A stretch of DNA of 64,000 nt, taken from a virus. Lineage: Duplodnaviria; Caudoviricetes. A model generated the notes under the pieces. The model was not told the DNA's origin. It was given only the letters and a program-made list of their open reading frames with translations, and did not search any database. Location of the stretch: positions 1-64,000 of IMG/VR virus record IMGVR_UViG_3300037400_003374, one strand, 5' to 3'. The number at the start of each line of letters is the position of its first letter. Position 1 is the stretch's first letter. Positions 37,559 through 46,700 of the stretch are shown one piece after another. Position numbers and translations under genes: made by a program.

Positions 37559-38008
37559 CTATGCTCTTGCAAGTTTCTGCAGGAATTTCTCATTTGTTAT
37601 CTCGCAGTTATCAAACTTGATTTGTACGTTTTCTCCGTTTATCTGTATGTCTCCAGTGACGTTAAACGGTTCACTATTCTTTTTCCATGTCCCTTGTGTA
37701 AACCGTTCAACTATGATTCGTTCAAAGTTATCACCTTTGTTATAAGTGCTATCTGCTTTCAAGTCTTGTTCGTGTCCGCACATTGTAGCCAGCTTTAACA
37801 GTTCTGCTTTCTGAGCTTTGTTCAACTTAATGCGAACCTTTGCAAATCCTCCGCGCTTGCTTGATGCATGGTCAAGACTTGTATACTGCTTTAATTCTTC
37901 AAAGGTGAGCGTTACGTAATACAGAATACCTTTTACTGCAAACCCAAGTATGTAAAGATGGGAAGCACTAAGGAGATTGTAAAGAGTCAGCATAGTTTCA
38001 AGTGTCAT
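37559..38008 (-). CDS. Hypothetical protein, family C (LDHASSKRGG), ends at TAG
   Basis: Paralog of 42419-42862; its TAG lies inside the terminator hairpin GCATAGCC-CAAAA-GGCTATGC. Confidence 0.78.
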   Translation of the reverse strand: MTLETMLTLYNLLSASHLYILGFAVKGILYYVTLTFEELKQYTSLDHASSKRGGFAKVRIKLNKAQKAELLKLATMCGHEQDLKADSTYNKGDNFERIIVERFTQGTWKKNSEPFNVTGDIQINGENVQIKFDNCEITNEKFLQKLARA

Positions 38009-38640
38009 ATTGCAATCCTTCTTTCTTAATGTTTGTCAGTTCCATCTGACAGTTACTATTATACTCATGCCGGCAGAAATGTCAAGCACTTTTTTTAGAA
38101 AAAATGTAAAAAGTTTTCGGGAAGAATCCGCCACCATTTATATACATATATATAACTATTCAGAAAGATATATACATATACATAACTATTCAGATATGTA
38201 TAAGTATATAATCATTATGACGTTATACATATTCCGGTACATACCAGTTAGTTATGACTAACTAACTCATAGTTCTCTCCCATTGTGTATATAGTAGCAT
38301 ATAATTATCATTGTGTCAAGCACTTTTTTCAAAGTCAACGGAACGGAAAAACGATAAGTTGCCATAGAGATAAAATAGTTATATATGTATATATAACTAT
38401 TTTGGCAATGACGAGTTTATAATAGTTAGGCGCGCCTAACTGGCGCGCCTTTTCCACCATGCACATTATAGCAAAGTATTCGCAACTTGTCAAGTAAAAT
38501 TTTTAAAAATGGCGATCCGGGAAAACGTTATAACATTATAACAATAGAGTATAACAGAAAAGGCATGGAATCAATTTCCATGCCTTTTCTCTTGTTCTTG
38601 TCCGGCCTTTTGGCAGGAAGGAAAGGATTATTTCCTTTCC

Positions 38641-38955
38641 TTATAAATCCTCACCCATGTCCGATTCATAGCAATCAGCACACAAGTACTTTCCATGTTC
38701 AAAGTCACAGCACCATGATTCCAAGGAGAAATAATCAACCTTTTCCTTGCACTCAGCACAGCAGAATACTTTCTGAGACCGGATAGCAGAACCGAAGAAC
38801 AATTCCTTGTAGCGGTCAGTATAAACAGTATCATCATAGGAACGGCGTACCATTTTTCCACCGCGTTTGAAGTAATGAGGAACATGTACAGTTTTCTTTT
38901 CTTCTTCTTTCATCTCATCAACCAAACCCATTACCATTTTTACTTCAGTAGTCAT
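38641..38955 (-). CDS. Cys-rich hypothetical protein, family B, copy 2
   Basis: Paralog of 36481-36795. Confidence 0.75.
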   Translation of the reverse strand: MTTEVKMVMGLVDEMKEEEKKTVHVPHYFKRGGKMVRRSYDDTVYTDRYKELFFGSAIRSQKVFCCAECKEKVDYFSLESWCCDFEHGKYLCADCYESDMGEDL

Positions 38956-39027
38956 TTTCAAATCCTTCTTTCTTTTAATTCGTTCCCTCAGGAACTGTCT
39001 GTATTGTATCATGTTTCTCCGGCATTG

Positions 39028-39327
39028 TCAAGCATTTTTTTCAAGAAATTTTTTATATCTTTCCGTGTCCTTCCAAACATCCATAGTTCTATAAGTACGC
39101 GGTTCGATACTGAAGTTTTTTAAGCCGCCGTCCCATGCAAGAGCAAACACATTAAGAATGCAGATAGGAACAATCAGAAGGACATAAACAGGTACTTTCA
39201 TTTTAGAAATAACATTTACGCTATATTCTTTTTCTTCAATATAGTGATTGCATGCCAGCTTTTCAAGCATATGCATTTTCTTAAAACCAAGCAAGATAGC
39301 AAGTTCGGAATAACTAATCTTTTTCAT
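39028..39327 (-). CDS. Hypothetical protein with one predicted TM segment, 99 aa
   Basis: Own promoter, AAGGAAAA leader hairpin, AGAAAGG RBS; hydrophobic stretch VPVYVLLIVPICILNVFALAW. Confidence 0.7.
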   Translation of the reverse strand: MKKISYSELAILLGFKKMHMLEKLACNHYIEEKEYSVNVISKMKVPVYVLLIVPICILNVFALAWDGGLKNFSIEPRTYRTMDVWKDTERYKKFLEKNA

Positions 39328-39674
39328 AACAATTACCTTTCTGGTTTTTTAGGACTTTTCCTTGTCCTTTTGACGGTTAGAGTATAGCATAGTTTTCTGA
39401 GCGTGTCAAGCACTTTTTTTAAAAATCTTTTTTCTCACATATGTATATAGCCATAACTAACCGCTTGCCGGCGAACTAGTTAGTTTTAGCTAACCGGTGG
39501 GCCTTTTCCACCATGCATATTATAGCAAAGTCTTTTCAAACTGTCAATAGGTTTTTTTCGCAAGAGTGCCGGATCAGCATTGACACCTATTGAAATATAA
39601 TGATGATACTTTTATAACTATTATGCAAAAGAAAAAGCATGAACTTTTGTTCATGCTTTCTTTATCCGATTTAG

Positions 39675-39860
39675 TTACTCTCCGCAAGCGGTATATACTC
39701 TTTCACTCTTGCACCATACTTCAATACTTTCTTCACTTGTGAACTTGTCCCCGTCTTCTTCTTTGTAAAGCTTTTCAGCAATTGCAATGGCCTTTTCAAG
39801 TGTCTCAGCGGTCTCCCAAGCATCGAATCCTTCCCAAGTCTGTAAACCGATTGTAAACAT
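39675..39860 (-). CDS. Small hypothetical protein, family A, copy 3
   Basis: Paralog of 36162-36347. Confidence 0.75.
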   Translation of the reverse strand: MFTIGLQTWEGFDAWETAETLEKAIAIAEKLYKEEDGDKFTSEESIEVWCKSERVYTACGE

Positions 39861-40011
39861 TTTTCATACTTCCTTTCTTTTAATGTTCCCTCAGGAACTG
39901 TCTATATTATACAGCCGGCTATAAATTTTGTCAAGCACTTTTTTTATTTTTTTAAAAAACTTTTTTCCGGCATGGAAGGGAAAGGATTGTTTCCTTTCCC
40001 TTCCATATCTG

Positions 40012-40206
40012 TTACTGCTTTCCATATTCCTTGATGAGATACTCCAGATTGTAAGTCATGTCATGCAGTTTAGTGTTAGCGTAATAATCATCAAGTATGG
40101 AAGTGTCAGGATATGCTTTGTCAGCGAGAGAATGAATAACTTCAATGGCCTTCTGAAGGATAGCAATCTCATTTTCTGAGAGAGTGTAGCTAAAACGGTT
40201 AGTCAT
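40012..40206 (-). CDS. Small hypothetical protein, family D, copy 1
   Basis: Paralog of 46363-46560 (AIxVIHxLADKxYPD...KLHDMTYNL). Confidence 0.75.
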   Translation of the reverse strand: MTNRFSYTLSENEIAILQKAIEVIHSLADKAYPDTSILDDYYANTKLHDMTYNLEYLIKEYGKQ

Positions 40207-40425
40207 GGTGTAAACCCCTTTCCTTTAGTTGATGATTGAAGTATAATGCATTTTGATGTTTTTGTCAAGCACTTTTTTTAACTTTTTTCAAAAATTTTTT
40301 CTTTCATCAATTGTTATAACGTTATAACTTTTTTCCGGCATGCCGGCATGGTATACATGGCGATCCGTTAACAGAGATATAAAAAAGGGCTTTACGCCCT
40401 TTAATAGTGCCGTTTTCATTATAGT

Positions 40426-40587
40426 TTAAATTGAGTCACACAATGGCCAACCAAACATTTCCGACTCTTTGCACCATTCTTCAAAGGAAAGATAATGTGC
40501 ATAATCTCCATGCTCATAAATGATATCACTCACATAAGACTCATAACAATCACGTTTTTGTTCGTCGGTTAATTCTTTCCAAGTCAT
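40426..40587 (-). CDS. Small hypothetical protein, 53 aa
   Basis: MTWKELTDEQ...; GAAAGGGG RBS, own promoter. Confidence 0.65.
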   Translation of the reverse strand: MTWKELTDEQKRDCYESYVSDIIYEHGDYAHYLSFEEWCKESEMFGWPLCDSI

Positions 40588-40655
40588 TTTTTTCTTTCCC
40601 CTTTCTTTTGGGCTTTTCGTCCACAACTATATGATAATGCTTTTTTCTGTATTTG

Positions 40656-40880
40656 TCAAGTGACTTTTTCAATCACAAGCCAGCTATCATCAATCTCATA
40701 TGCATTTTCTGTTTTTGCTTGTATAGCTTTTCCCCATCCCATTCTAATACAATGATCTGCAGATGAGTATGTATCAAACGTTCCATTCCATTCACCAAAC
40801 TTAGTTGAAATATCGGGAGTGTCACAAAAGGCAATTTTGTAAAGTTCTGCATCCTTGTGTTTCTTGCTAAAAAGTTTCAT
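40656..40880 (-). CDS. Small hypothetical protein, 74 aa
   Basis: AGAAAGGA RBS, own promoter near 40935. Confidence 0.65.
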   Translation of the reverse strand: MKLFSKKHKDAELYKIAFCDTPDISTKFGEWNGTFDTYSSADHCIRMGWGKAIQAKTENAYEIDDSWLVIEKVT

Positions 40881-41103
40881 AATACTTCAGTCCTTTCTTT
40901 GAAGTATCTATATGATAGCATAGGCGCGCGAAAATGTCAAGCGAAAATTTTTAAAAAATTTTTTTAAAAAAACTCTTGACAACTTGTATCAGATGAGTAT
41001 AATATACATGACGGAACCGGAGAGAGGAGGGAGGAAACCGCCCAGTAGTTAGTTATGACTAACTAACTAGCAACTATAAGAAAAAAGGCCTTCCGGCCTT
41101 TTT

Positions 41104-41274
41104 TCAATCCATCATGATAACTTTTCCGCTTTCATAAACAATGTATGATTCCTCATCCGTTGCAGTCTCATCAAAAGCTTCGCACCATGCAATCACTTCG
41201 CTAAGTGTCTCAAAAGTTACTTCTAAGTCAGTGGGTTTCATTCCTTCATAGTTGGTGTAAATCTCGTACTTCAT
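41104..41274 (-). CDS. Small acidic hypothetical protein, 56 aa
   Basis: MKYEIYTNYEGMKPTDLEV...; RBS, own promoter and terminator; not in the ORF track. Confidence 0.65.
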   Translation of the reverse strand: MKYEIYTNYEGMKPTDLEVTFETLSEVIAWCEAFDETATDEESYIVYESGKVIMMD

Positions 41275-41467
41275 AATTCGTTGCCTTCTTTCTTTTAATC
41301 TGTTCCCTCAGGAACTGTCTATAGTATAATGCATAATAACCTTTTTGTCAAGTACTTTTTTTAAAAAAAAATAAAAAAAATTTTTTTCAAAAACCCCTTG
41401 ACAAATATAAATAAATGACTATAATATAATTGACAGGCCGGAGAGGGGAGGGGGAGGTGGACCATCG

Positions 41468-42282
41468 GTTAGTTATGACTAACTAACTAAAATTAGACAC
41501 GACTAACTTTAGTTAGATAAAACTAACTAGAGTTAGTTATGACTAACTCAATAATAGTTAGTTGTAACTAACTGCCTCATCCACCGGTCCCGATCCGGTC
41601 CGTAAAGTCAAAGAAAGTCAAAGTCAAAGAAAGTCAAAATCAGGCGCGAGTTAGTTATGTCTAACTATAGTTAGTCATGCCTAACTCAGGTGCCTTATCC
41701 GAACCGATCCGAAAAGTCAAAGAAAGTCAAAGTCAAAGACGAGTTAGTTATGACTAACTCAATATTAGTTAGTTATAGCTAATTATAGTTAGTTGCAACT
41801 AACTAGAGTTAGTTATGACTAAGTCACTATTAGTTAGTTGGCACTAACTAGAGTTAGTTATGACTAACTAACGTTAGTTGTACCTAACTACAGTTAGTTG
41901 TGACTAACTATAGTTAGTCATGTCTAACACGAGTTAGTTATGACTAAGTCACTATTGGTTAGGTATAACTAACTAGAGTTAGCCGTGACTAACTGTAGTT
42001 AGTGGTGTCTAACTAAAGTTAGACAAGCCTAACTTTAGTTAGCTGAGACTAACAGAAGTTAGCTGGGACTAACGCTAGTTAGTCAAGACTAACTAAAGTT
42101 AGCTGCGTCTAACTGAAGTTAGATATAACTAACTAAAGTTAGCTGGGACTAACTGGAGTTAGCTGAGACTAACTCCGGTTAGCTGTAACTAACTAAAGTG
42201 AGCTGAATCTAACTGTAGTTAGTTGTAACTAACTTTAGTCAGCTGAACCTAACTCCGCCGGCGCTGGTTAGTTATGCCTAAC
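41468..42282. repeat. Dense array of ~33 palindromic GTTAG-N6-CTAAC sites, including 15 units in exact 20-bp phase (41958-42253)
   Basis: Unit GTTAG-N6-CTAAC-N4; the N6 and N4 sequences vary while arms and spacing are fixed. Confidence 0.93.
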
Positions 42283-42305
42283 TACCTGGGCCGATCGCCG
42301 GCGCC

Positions 42306-42350
42306 TGTGGATAACTCTGTGGATAATTTTGTGGATAAAATTGTGGATAA
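42306..42350. promoter_or_regulatory. Four tandem perfect DnaA boxes (TGTGGATAA) at 12-bp period
   Basis: TGTGGATAA at 42306, 42318, 42330 and 42342, the reverse complement of consensus TTATCCACA. Confidence 0.88.
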
Positions 42351-42355
42351 GTGGG

Positions 42356-42384
42356 TTGACACATTAGCGCCCCGGGTGTATACT
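42356..42384 (+). promoter_or_regulatory. Strong sigmaA-type early promoter (representative of roughly 50 in 36300-57100)
   Basis: TTGACA-N17-TATACT. Similar TTGACA-N16-18-TATAAT promoters with upstream A/T tracts precede most small genes on both strands (approximate manual count). Confidence 0.85.
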
Positions 42385-42418
42385 TGACTCATCAAATGAA
42401 GGAAAGGAAGTCACGAAC

Positions 42419-42862
42419 ATGACCAAGGAAATGATGCAGGAACTTTACAACAAGGTATCGGGGGCTCACAAGTATGCTCTGGGCTTTATCTTCCAGCACA
42501 AGCTGTATGCCGTCAAGCTGAGCTTTGAGGGAATCAGTAAGTATTTCAAGCTGGACCATGCAAGCTCTAAGAGGGGCGGATATGCAAAAATCCGTATTCG
42601 CCTGACCGCCGCGGACCGTGCTAAGCTGAGTGAAGTGGCGGAGCTGCTGGGAGCTGAAGAGCTGCTGACCAAGGACACCAAGTACAACAAGGGTGAGAAC
42701 TTCGAACGGGAGCTGACAGAACGCTGGACCGGAGAAACCTGGGTAAAGGATAGTGTCCCCTTCTGGGTATGCGGTGATATCCGGGTAGACGGTGAAGAGA
42801 TTCAGATCAAGCTGGACGGTGCGGAGCTGACCAACGAGAAGGTACTGGCAGGGCTGGCCTGA
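42419..42862 (+). CDS. Hypothetical protein, family C, copy 2
   Basis: Paralog of 37559-38008; TGA stop. Confidence 0.8.
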   Translation: MTKEMMQELYNKVSGAHKYALGFIFQHKLYAVKLSFEGISKYFKLDHASSKRGGYAKIRIRLTAADRAKLSEVAELLGAEELLTKDTKYNKGENFERELTERWTGETWVKDSVPFWVCGDIRVDGEEIQIKLDGAELTNEKVLAGLA

Positions 42863-43033
42863 GGCCCTGCCGGATCGGCCCCGGCCGATCCTTTTCTATG
42901 CCGGCAAGCTGGGGCTGGAAAACGCGCCGGCGAGCTGGGCTTGCCGGCAAAAAATTTTTCGCTGGGGCGAAAAACCCCTTGACAAGCTGGCTGTAATACG
43001 CTATAATGTGTACATGAAAGAGAGGTGCTAAGT

Positions 43034-43228
43034 ATGGAGATTGTAAAGTTTGGACGGACTTGGGTAATAAATACTGTTGCTGACTATGAGCACGCCATGG
43101 AGGTACTGGACGGGAATGAGTTCTGCGCGGACATGTCGGACGACTGGGCACGCGCTGATAGGGAGAAAGCTGAGATAAGGCGGCAAAGGCGCGATGTCAT
43201 AGCACAAGCTGGCAAGCTGAAGGCTTGA
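43034..43228 (+). CDS. Small hypothetical protein, 64 aa
   Basis: GAGGTG RBS, own promoter at 42980. Confidence 0.65.
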   Translation: MEIVKFGRTWVINTVADYEHAMEVLDGNEFCADMSDDWARADREKAEIRRQRRDVIAQAGKLKA

Positions 43229-43275
43229 CAAGCTCCAAAATTATGATATAATTAATAGTGAAAGGAGCTGATAGC

Positions 43276-43788
43276 ATGGGCATAAAACGAGATTTTGCCC
43301 CAGTGACAAAAGCGCTGAATGCTTTTGTACGCAAGTTTGATGAAGAATATTCTTGTACACTTGGCCCCGCTTTTGAGGCCATTAATGATGAAATTATTAT
43401 CTATACTGTAATGGTATGTGATAATACTGCTCTTTCCTTCCGTAATGATTTTATAAAGCGTTTTCCCGCTTGTGCTGACTTCAATCTGTTTACATTATCA
43501 TTCATGCATGAACTGGGACACTTAGAAACGGCGCTGGATACAGTTAATGATATAGAAGAAAGAAATGAAATAAATGCTATGAGCAACCGCGAACTAGCAT
43601 TGACCAAATATTATCAACTGTATAATGAATGCCTCGCTACTAATTGGGCGGGACAGTATCTGACTAAACATCATAAGGATATGAAAGTCTGGGAAAATAA
43701 AATTACAAAACTTTTTAAAAAAGTACTTGACAAACATTCCACTAAGTCGTATAATGATGATGTTGAAAGGAGCGATTGTAATGAATAA
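43276..43788 (+). CDS. HExxH zinc metallopeptidase-like protein, copy 1
   Basis: LSFMHELGH motif plus downstream E-x-x-A; paralog at 56366-56806. Confidence 0.7.
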   Translation: MGIKRDFAPVTKALNAFVRKFDEEYSCTLGPAFEAINDEIIIYTVMVCDNTALSFRNDFIKRFPACADFNLFTLSFMHELGHLETALDTVNDIEERNEINAMSNRELALTKYYQLYNECLATNWAGQYLTKHHKDMKVWENKITKLFKKVLDKHSTKSYNDDVERSDCNE

Positions 43789-43999
43789 ATTCTACATGGG
43801 TATCGAGTGCCAGTGCCCGCTGTGCGGAGCAACCGCAAACGTGTATGTTAAGACTATTGATTATCGTGCTTGGCGTGCAGGCGCTTTAGCACAGACTGTT
43901 TTCCCCTACTTGAAACCGCAGGTACGGGAAATGTTAATTAGCGGTTTGTGCCCGACTTGCTATGATAGCTTGATGGGCGAGGATGAGGAGGGCGAGTAA
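43781..43999 (+). CDS. Zn-ribbon protein, 72 aa
   Basis: CQCPLC...CPTC; GAAAGGAG RBS; own promoter at 43728. Confidence 0.68.
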   Translation: MNKFYMGIECQCPLCGATANVYVKTIDYRAWRAGALAQTVFPYLKPQVREMLISGLCPTCYDSLMGEDEEGE

Positions 44000-44147
44000 T
44001 CGCCCTACCCTCCGCCCGCCGGCGGGGCCTTGAATTGGCGCGAGAACTGTGCTAAACTAATGATACGATATAAAAATTTATTTTAAAAAGTACTTGACAA
44101 AGAAATGAAAATGTCGTATAATCTAGCCATAGAAAGGAAGGATAGCA

Positions 44148-44600
44148 ATGATGAAACAGATTTGGTTTGACATGGATGGCACGATTGCAAACCTTTATGC
44201 AGTGGATGGATGGCTTGAAGATATTAGAGCAGAAAATACAAGGCCGTATAGCGAAGCAAAGCCTATGCTTAACTTCTCTCTGCTTGCTCGTTTACTGAAT
44301 CAGGTACAGCGTGCAGGATGGGAAATCGGAATTGTAAGTTGGGGAGCAAAGAATAGCACAGAAGAATTTTTGAAAATGACTGGTTGCGCTAAGTTCTATT
44401 GGCTTCAGAATCATCTCCCCTCTGTAAATTGGAATCACATTTATATTGATTATTACGGTACAAATAAATTTCAGCGTTGTGGCGGTGAAGGCATTCTGTT
44501 TGATGATGAAGCGCAGAATCGTGAAGCGTGGGAAAATGGCATGGCATACGAACCGATGGAAATTATCAATGTCTTGAAGCGGTTAGCAAAAGGGGCTTGA
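44148..44600 (+). CDS. HAD-superfamily phosphatase (nucleotidase-like)
   Basis: Motif I FDMDGT, motif II IVSW, motif IV LFDD. Confidence 0.8.
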   Translation: MMKQIWFDMDGTIANLYAVDGWLEDIRAENTRPYSEAKPMLNFSLLARLLNQVQRAGWEIGIVSWGAKNSTEEFLKMTGCAKFYWLQNHLPSVNWNHIYIDYYGTNKFQRCGGEGILFDDEAQNREAWENGMAYEPMEIINVLKRLAKGA

Positions 44601-44636
44601 CAAGCCCCTTGCAATCAAAGAAAGGAGCATTGAAGT

Positions 44637-44828
44637 ATGAGGGTTGAAGATTTGGCAAAGGCACTGTGGGTATTAGATAACGATAGCGCAAAACGGCATT
44701 GGACAGTAGAGAAAATTCAAGGCGGTTATATTCTTATGTCCGATCATACTCGCTTTACTGTAAAAGAATTAGCAAATAAATATGATGATAAGCATGAAAC
44801 AGATAGTATAATTCCTGGCTTTAATTGA
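44637..44828 (+). CDS. Small hypothetical protein, 63 aa
   Basis: GAAAGGAG RBS. Confidence 0.6.
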   Translation: MRVEDLAKALWVLDNDSAKRHWTVEKIQGGYILMSDHTRFTVKELANKYDDKHETDSIIPGFN

Positions 44829-44981
44829 CCAGATACGACAATGTCAAATCTGGTCGCCGGCAAATTTTTCCTAAACAATTTTGTTTTATATATCCCATAA
44901 CCTAATTTCATTCTGAATCGTTGAACAAAAATTTTTTTAAAAAGTGCTTGACATTTTCCTAAAATGGATTATAATAGTAAC

Positions 44982-45080
44982 TGTCAGAAGGGAAAGGGCT
45001 CCTTCTGATAGAACTTGGAACGGTAGGCAGAGTTTCCTCCCAACGTCGCCGCAAGCGTTGCCTTCCAAGTTCGCTCTACC
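44982..45080 (+). ncRNA. Candidate structured leader/sRNA with possible pseudoknot
   Basis: Promoter at 44948; 10-bp 5' hairpin; 10-bp stem GAACTTGGAA/TTCCAAGTTC; loop GGTAG complementary to downstream CTACC. Confidence 0.45.
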
Positions 45081-45102
45081 TAATTAAGAAGGAGAAAAGT
45101 AT

Positions 45103-45342
45103 ATGGAAAAGTATGTTTATGTTGTCACAATTGAAGATGAAGAAGGAATAACAATCTTTGGTGCTTATACTGATGCAGTATCTGCTACCAATACTGTATG
45201 GGCGCTTGCCTTTAATAGTCTGATTCAGGATATTGAAGAAGATTGTATAGGTACGCGATACATTGTTATCAATGCTTTGGGTAATAAGGAATCATATTAT
45301 GTCCAGAAAATTCCGCTAGATGACCAGTTCTGGACCCGATAA
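45103..45342 (+). CDS. Small hypothetical protein, 79 aa
   Basis: AAGGAG RBS. Confidence 0.68.
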   Translation: MEKYVYVVTIEDEEGITIFGAYTDAVSATNTVWALAFNSLIQDIEEDCIGTRYIVINALGNKESYYVQKIPLDDQFWTR

Positions 45343-45436
45343 CCCACCCCTTGCCGGCGGATTGTTAAAAATTTAACAAACTTTTTTTGAAAAAAGCGCT
45401 TGACAAAAACCCGAAAAGGAGTATAATCATACTTGT

Positions 45437-45530
45437 CAGAGGGACAAAGGATCACCTCTGGAAGTGCAAAGGGTAAGGGAATGATCCCCCAATTACACCG
45501 CAAGTGTCTTACCCTTTGGGCGACTCCCAA
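45437..45530 (+). ncRNA. Candidate stand-alone structured sRNA (three-way junction)
   Basis: Own promoter at 45400, no convincing ORF before the next promoter. Stems CAGAGG/CCTCTG, AAAGGGTAA/TTACCCTTT, GGGA/TCCC, ACAC/GTGT, TTGGG/CCCAA. Confidence 0.5.
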
Positions 45531-45629
45531 AAAAAATTTCAAAAACCTCTTGACATTCTAGTACAAAAGTACTATAATGAATACACAACAGAGGAAGGAA
45601 AACCTCATCAAACCAGAAAGGCAACCCCT

Positions 45630-45950
45630 ATGAAAAAGTCCACTCTTCAGTCTCTCGTTTCCTACCTGACCGAAAAGGGCGATGAGTCCATGCAGGAAGT
45701 CCTCGCAGAACTGACCGCAGAACTTGCAAAGGGACAGACCAAGGTTGATGCAACTCGGAAGGAATATGATGAAATGCGTGAGCAGGTCATGGAAGTCCTC
45801 CGCTCTGCTACCCTTCCTGTTTCTGCGCAGGAGATCGCCGATGAGACTGGCCTTTCAAAGGGCAAGATCGTCTATGGTCTGACTCGGCTGTGGGCCGCAG
45901 ATGTCGCAAAGACTGAGGGAAAGGTTAGCACCTACGCCCTCAAGGCCTAA
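45630..45950 (+). CDS. Winged-helix-like DNA-binding protein, family W (MKKST...), copy 1
   Basis: SAQEIADETGLSKGKIVYGLTRLW HTH-like segment followed by wing EGKVSTY; three close paralogs. Confidence 0.72.
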   Translation: MKKSTLQSLVSYLTEKGDESMQEVLAELTAELAKGQTKVDATRKEYDEMREQVMEVLRSATLPVSAQEIADETGLSKGKIVYGLTRLWAADVAKTEGKVSTYALKA

Positions 45951-46102
45951 TTTCAAAAAGGAACTCGCTTCGGCGAGTTCTTTTTTTATACAAGAGTTAG
46001 TTTCCTCTAACTCCGCCGGCGCAAAAAATTTTTTTAAAAACCCCTTGACAAGATAAGCATACTAGTGTATAATCTAACCATCAACTGAAGGAGGTCACCA
46101 TT

Positions 46103-46252
46103 ATGGTAGACGTTTATCTGGTCTGGTATTACAACCTTAAACTCAGCGAAGAAGCACTTCTGTGGGGCATTTACACTACCAAGGAAAAGGCAGCCAAGGC
46201 GCTTGCTGATAGCGGCTTTACTGGTTGGATTAACCATGAAGTCGCGGAGTAA
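46103..46252 (+). CDS. Small hypothetical protein, 49 aa
   Basis: AAGGAGG RBS, own promoter; MVDVYLVWYY...; not in the ORF track. Confidence 0.62.
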   Translation: MVDVYLVWYYNLKLSEEALLWGIYTTKEKAAKALADSGFTGWINHEVAE

Positions 46253-46362
46253 TCTCCGCGGCTTCGGCCCCGCGCCGGCAAAAATTTTTTAAAAAAGTGC
46301 TTGACAACCATGTGAAAACATGCTATACTCTAGTCATCAACCAAAGAAAGGAAGTTATCAAG

Positions 46363-46560
46363 ATGACGAACTACACCATGACTGAAAAGGAAATTGCTAC
46401 CCTTAAGGACGCTATCAAAGTCATCCATGAACTTGCAGATAAAGTTTATCCCGACTACTCTAATCTTGATGAGCACTACGCCAACATCAAGATGCACGAC
46501 ATGACCTACAACCTCAAGTATCTTCTGGCCCAGTTCGGACAGGAAGGGGAGGCGGATTGA
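46363..46560 (+). CDS. Small hypothetical protein, family D, copy 2
   Basis: Paralog of 40012-40206. Confidence 0.75.
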   Translation: MTNYTMTEKEIATLKDAIKVIHELADKVYPDYSNLDEHYANIKMHDMTYNLKYLLAQFGQEGEAD

Positions 46561-46700
46561 GGGGCCTCCCTCCGTCCTTGCCGGCGGCCTGCCGGCGCCC
46601 CGCCAATTTCATTTTACCACAGAAAAAATATAAAAAAAGTGCTTGACAAAAGACGACAAAGGCATTATAATGTACCTATCAAATGAAGGAGGCCACCGCT

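Noticed and set aside
38137-38230. Short TA-rich tandem duplication (ATATACATAT..ATAACTATTCAG x2) and ORF 38010-38261
   Set aside because: Only two imperfect copies of low complexity; the ORF runs through a promoter and lacks an RBS.
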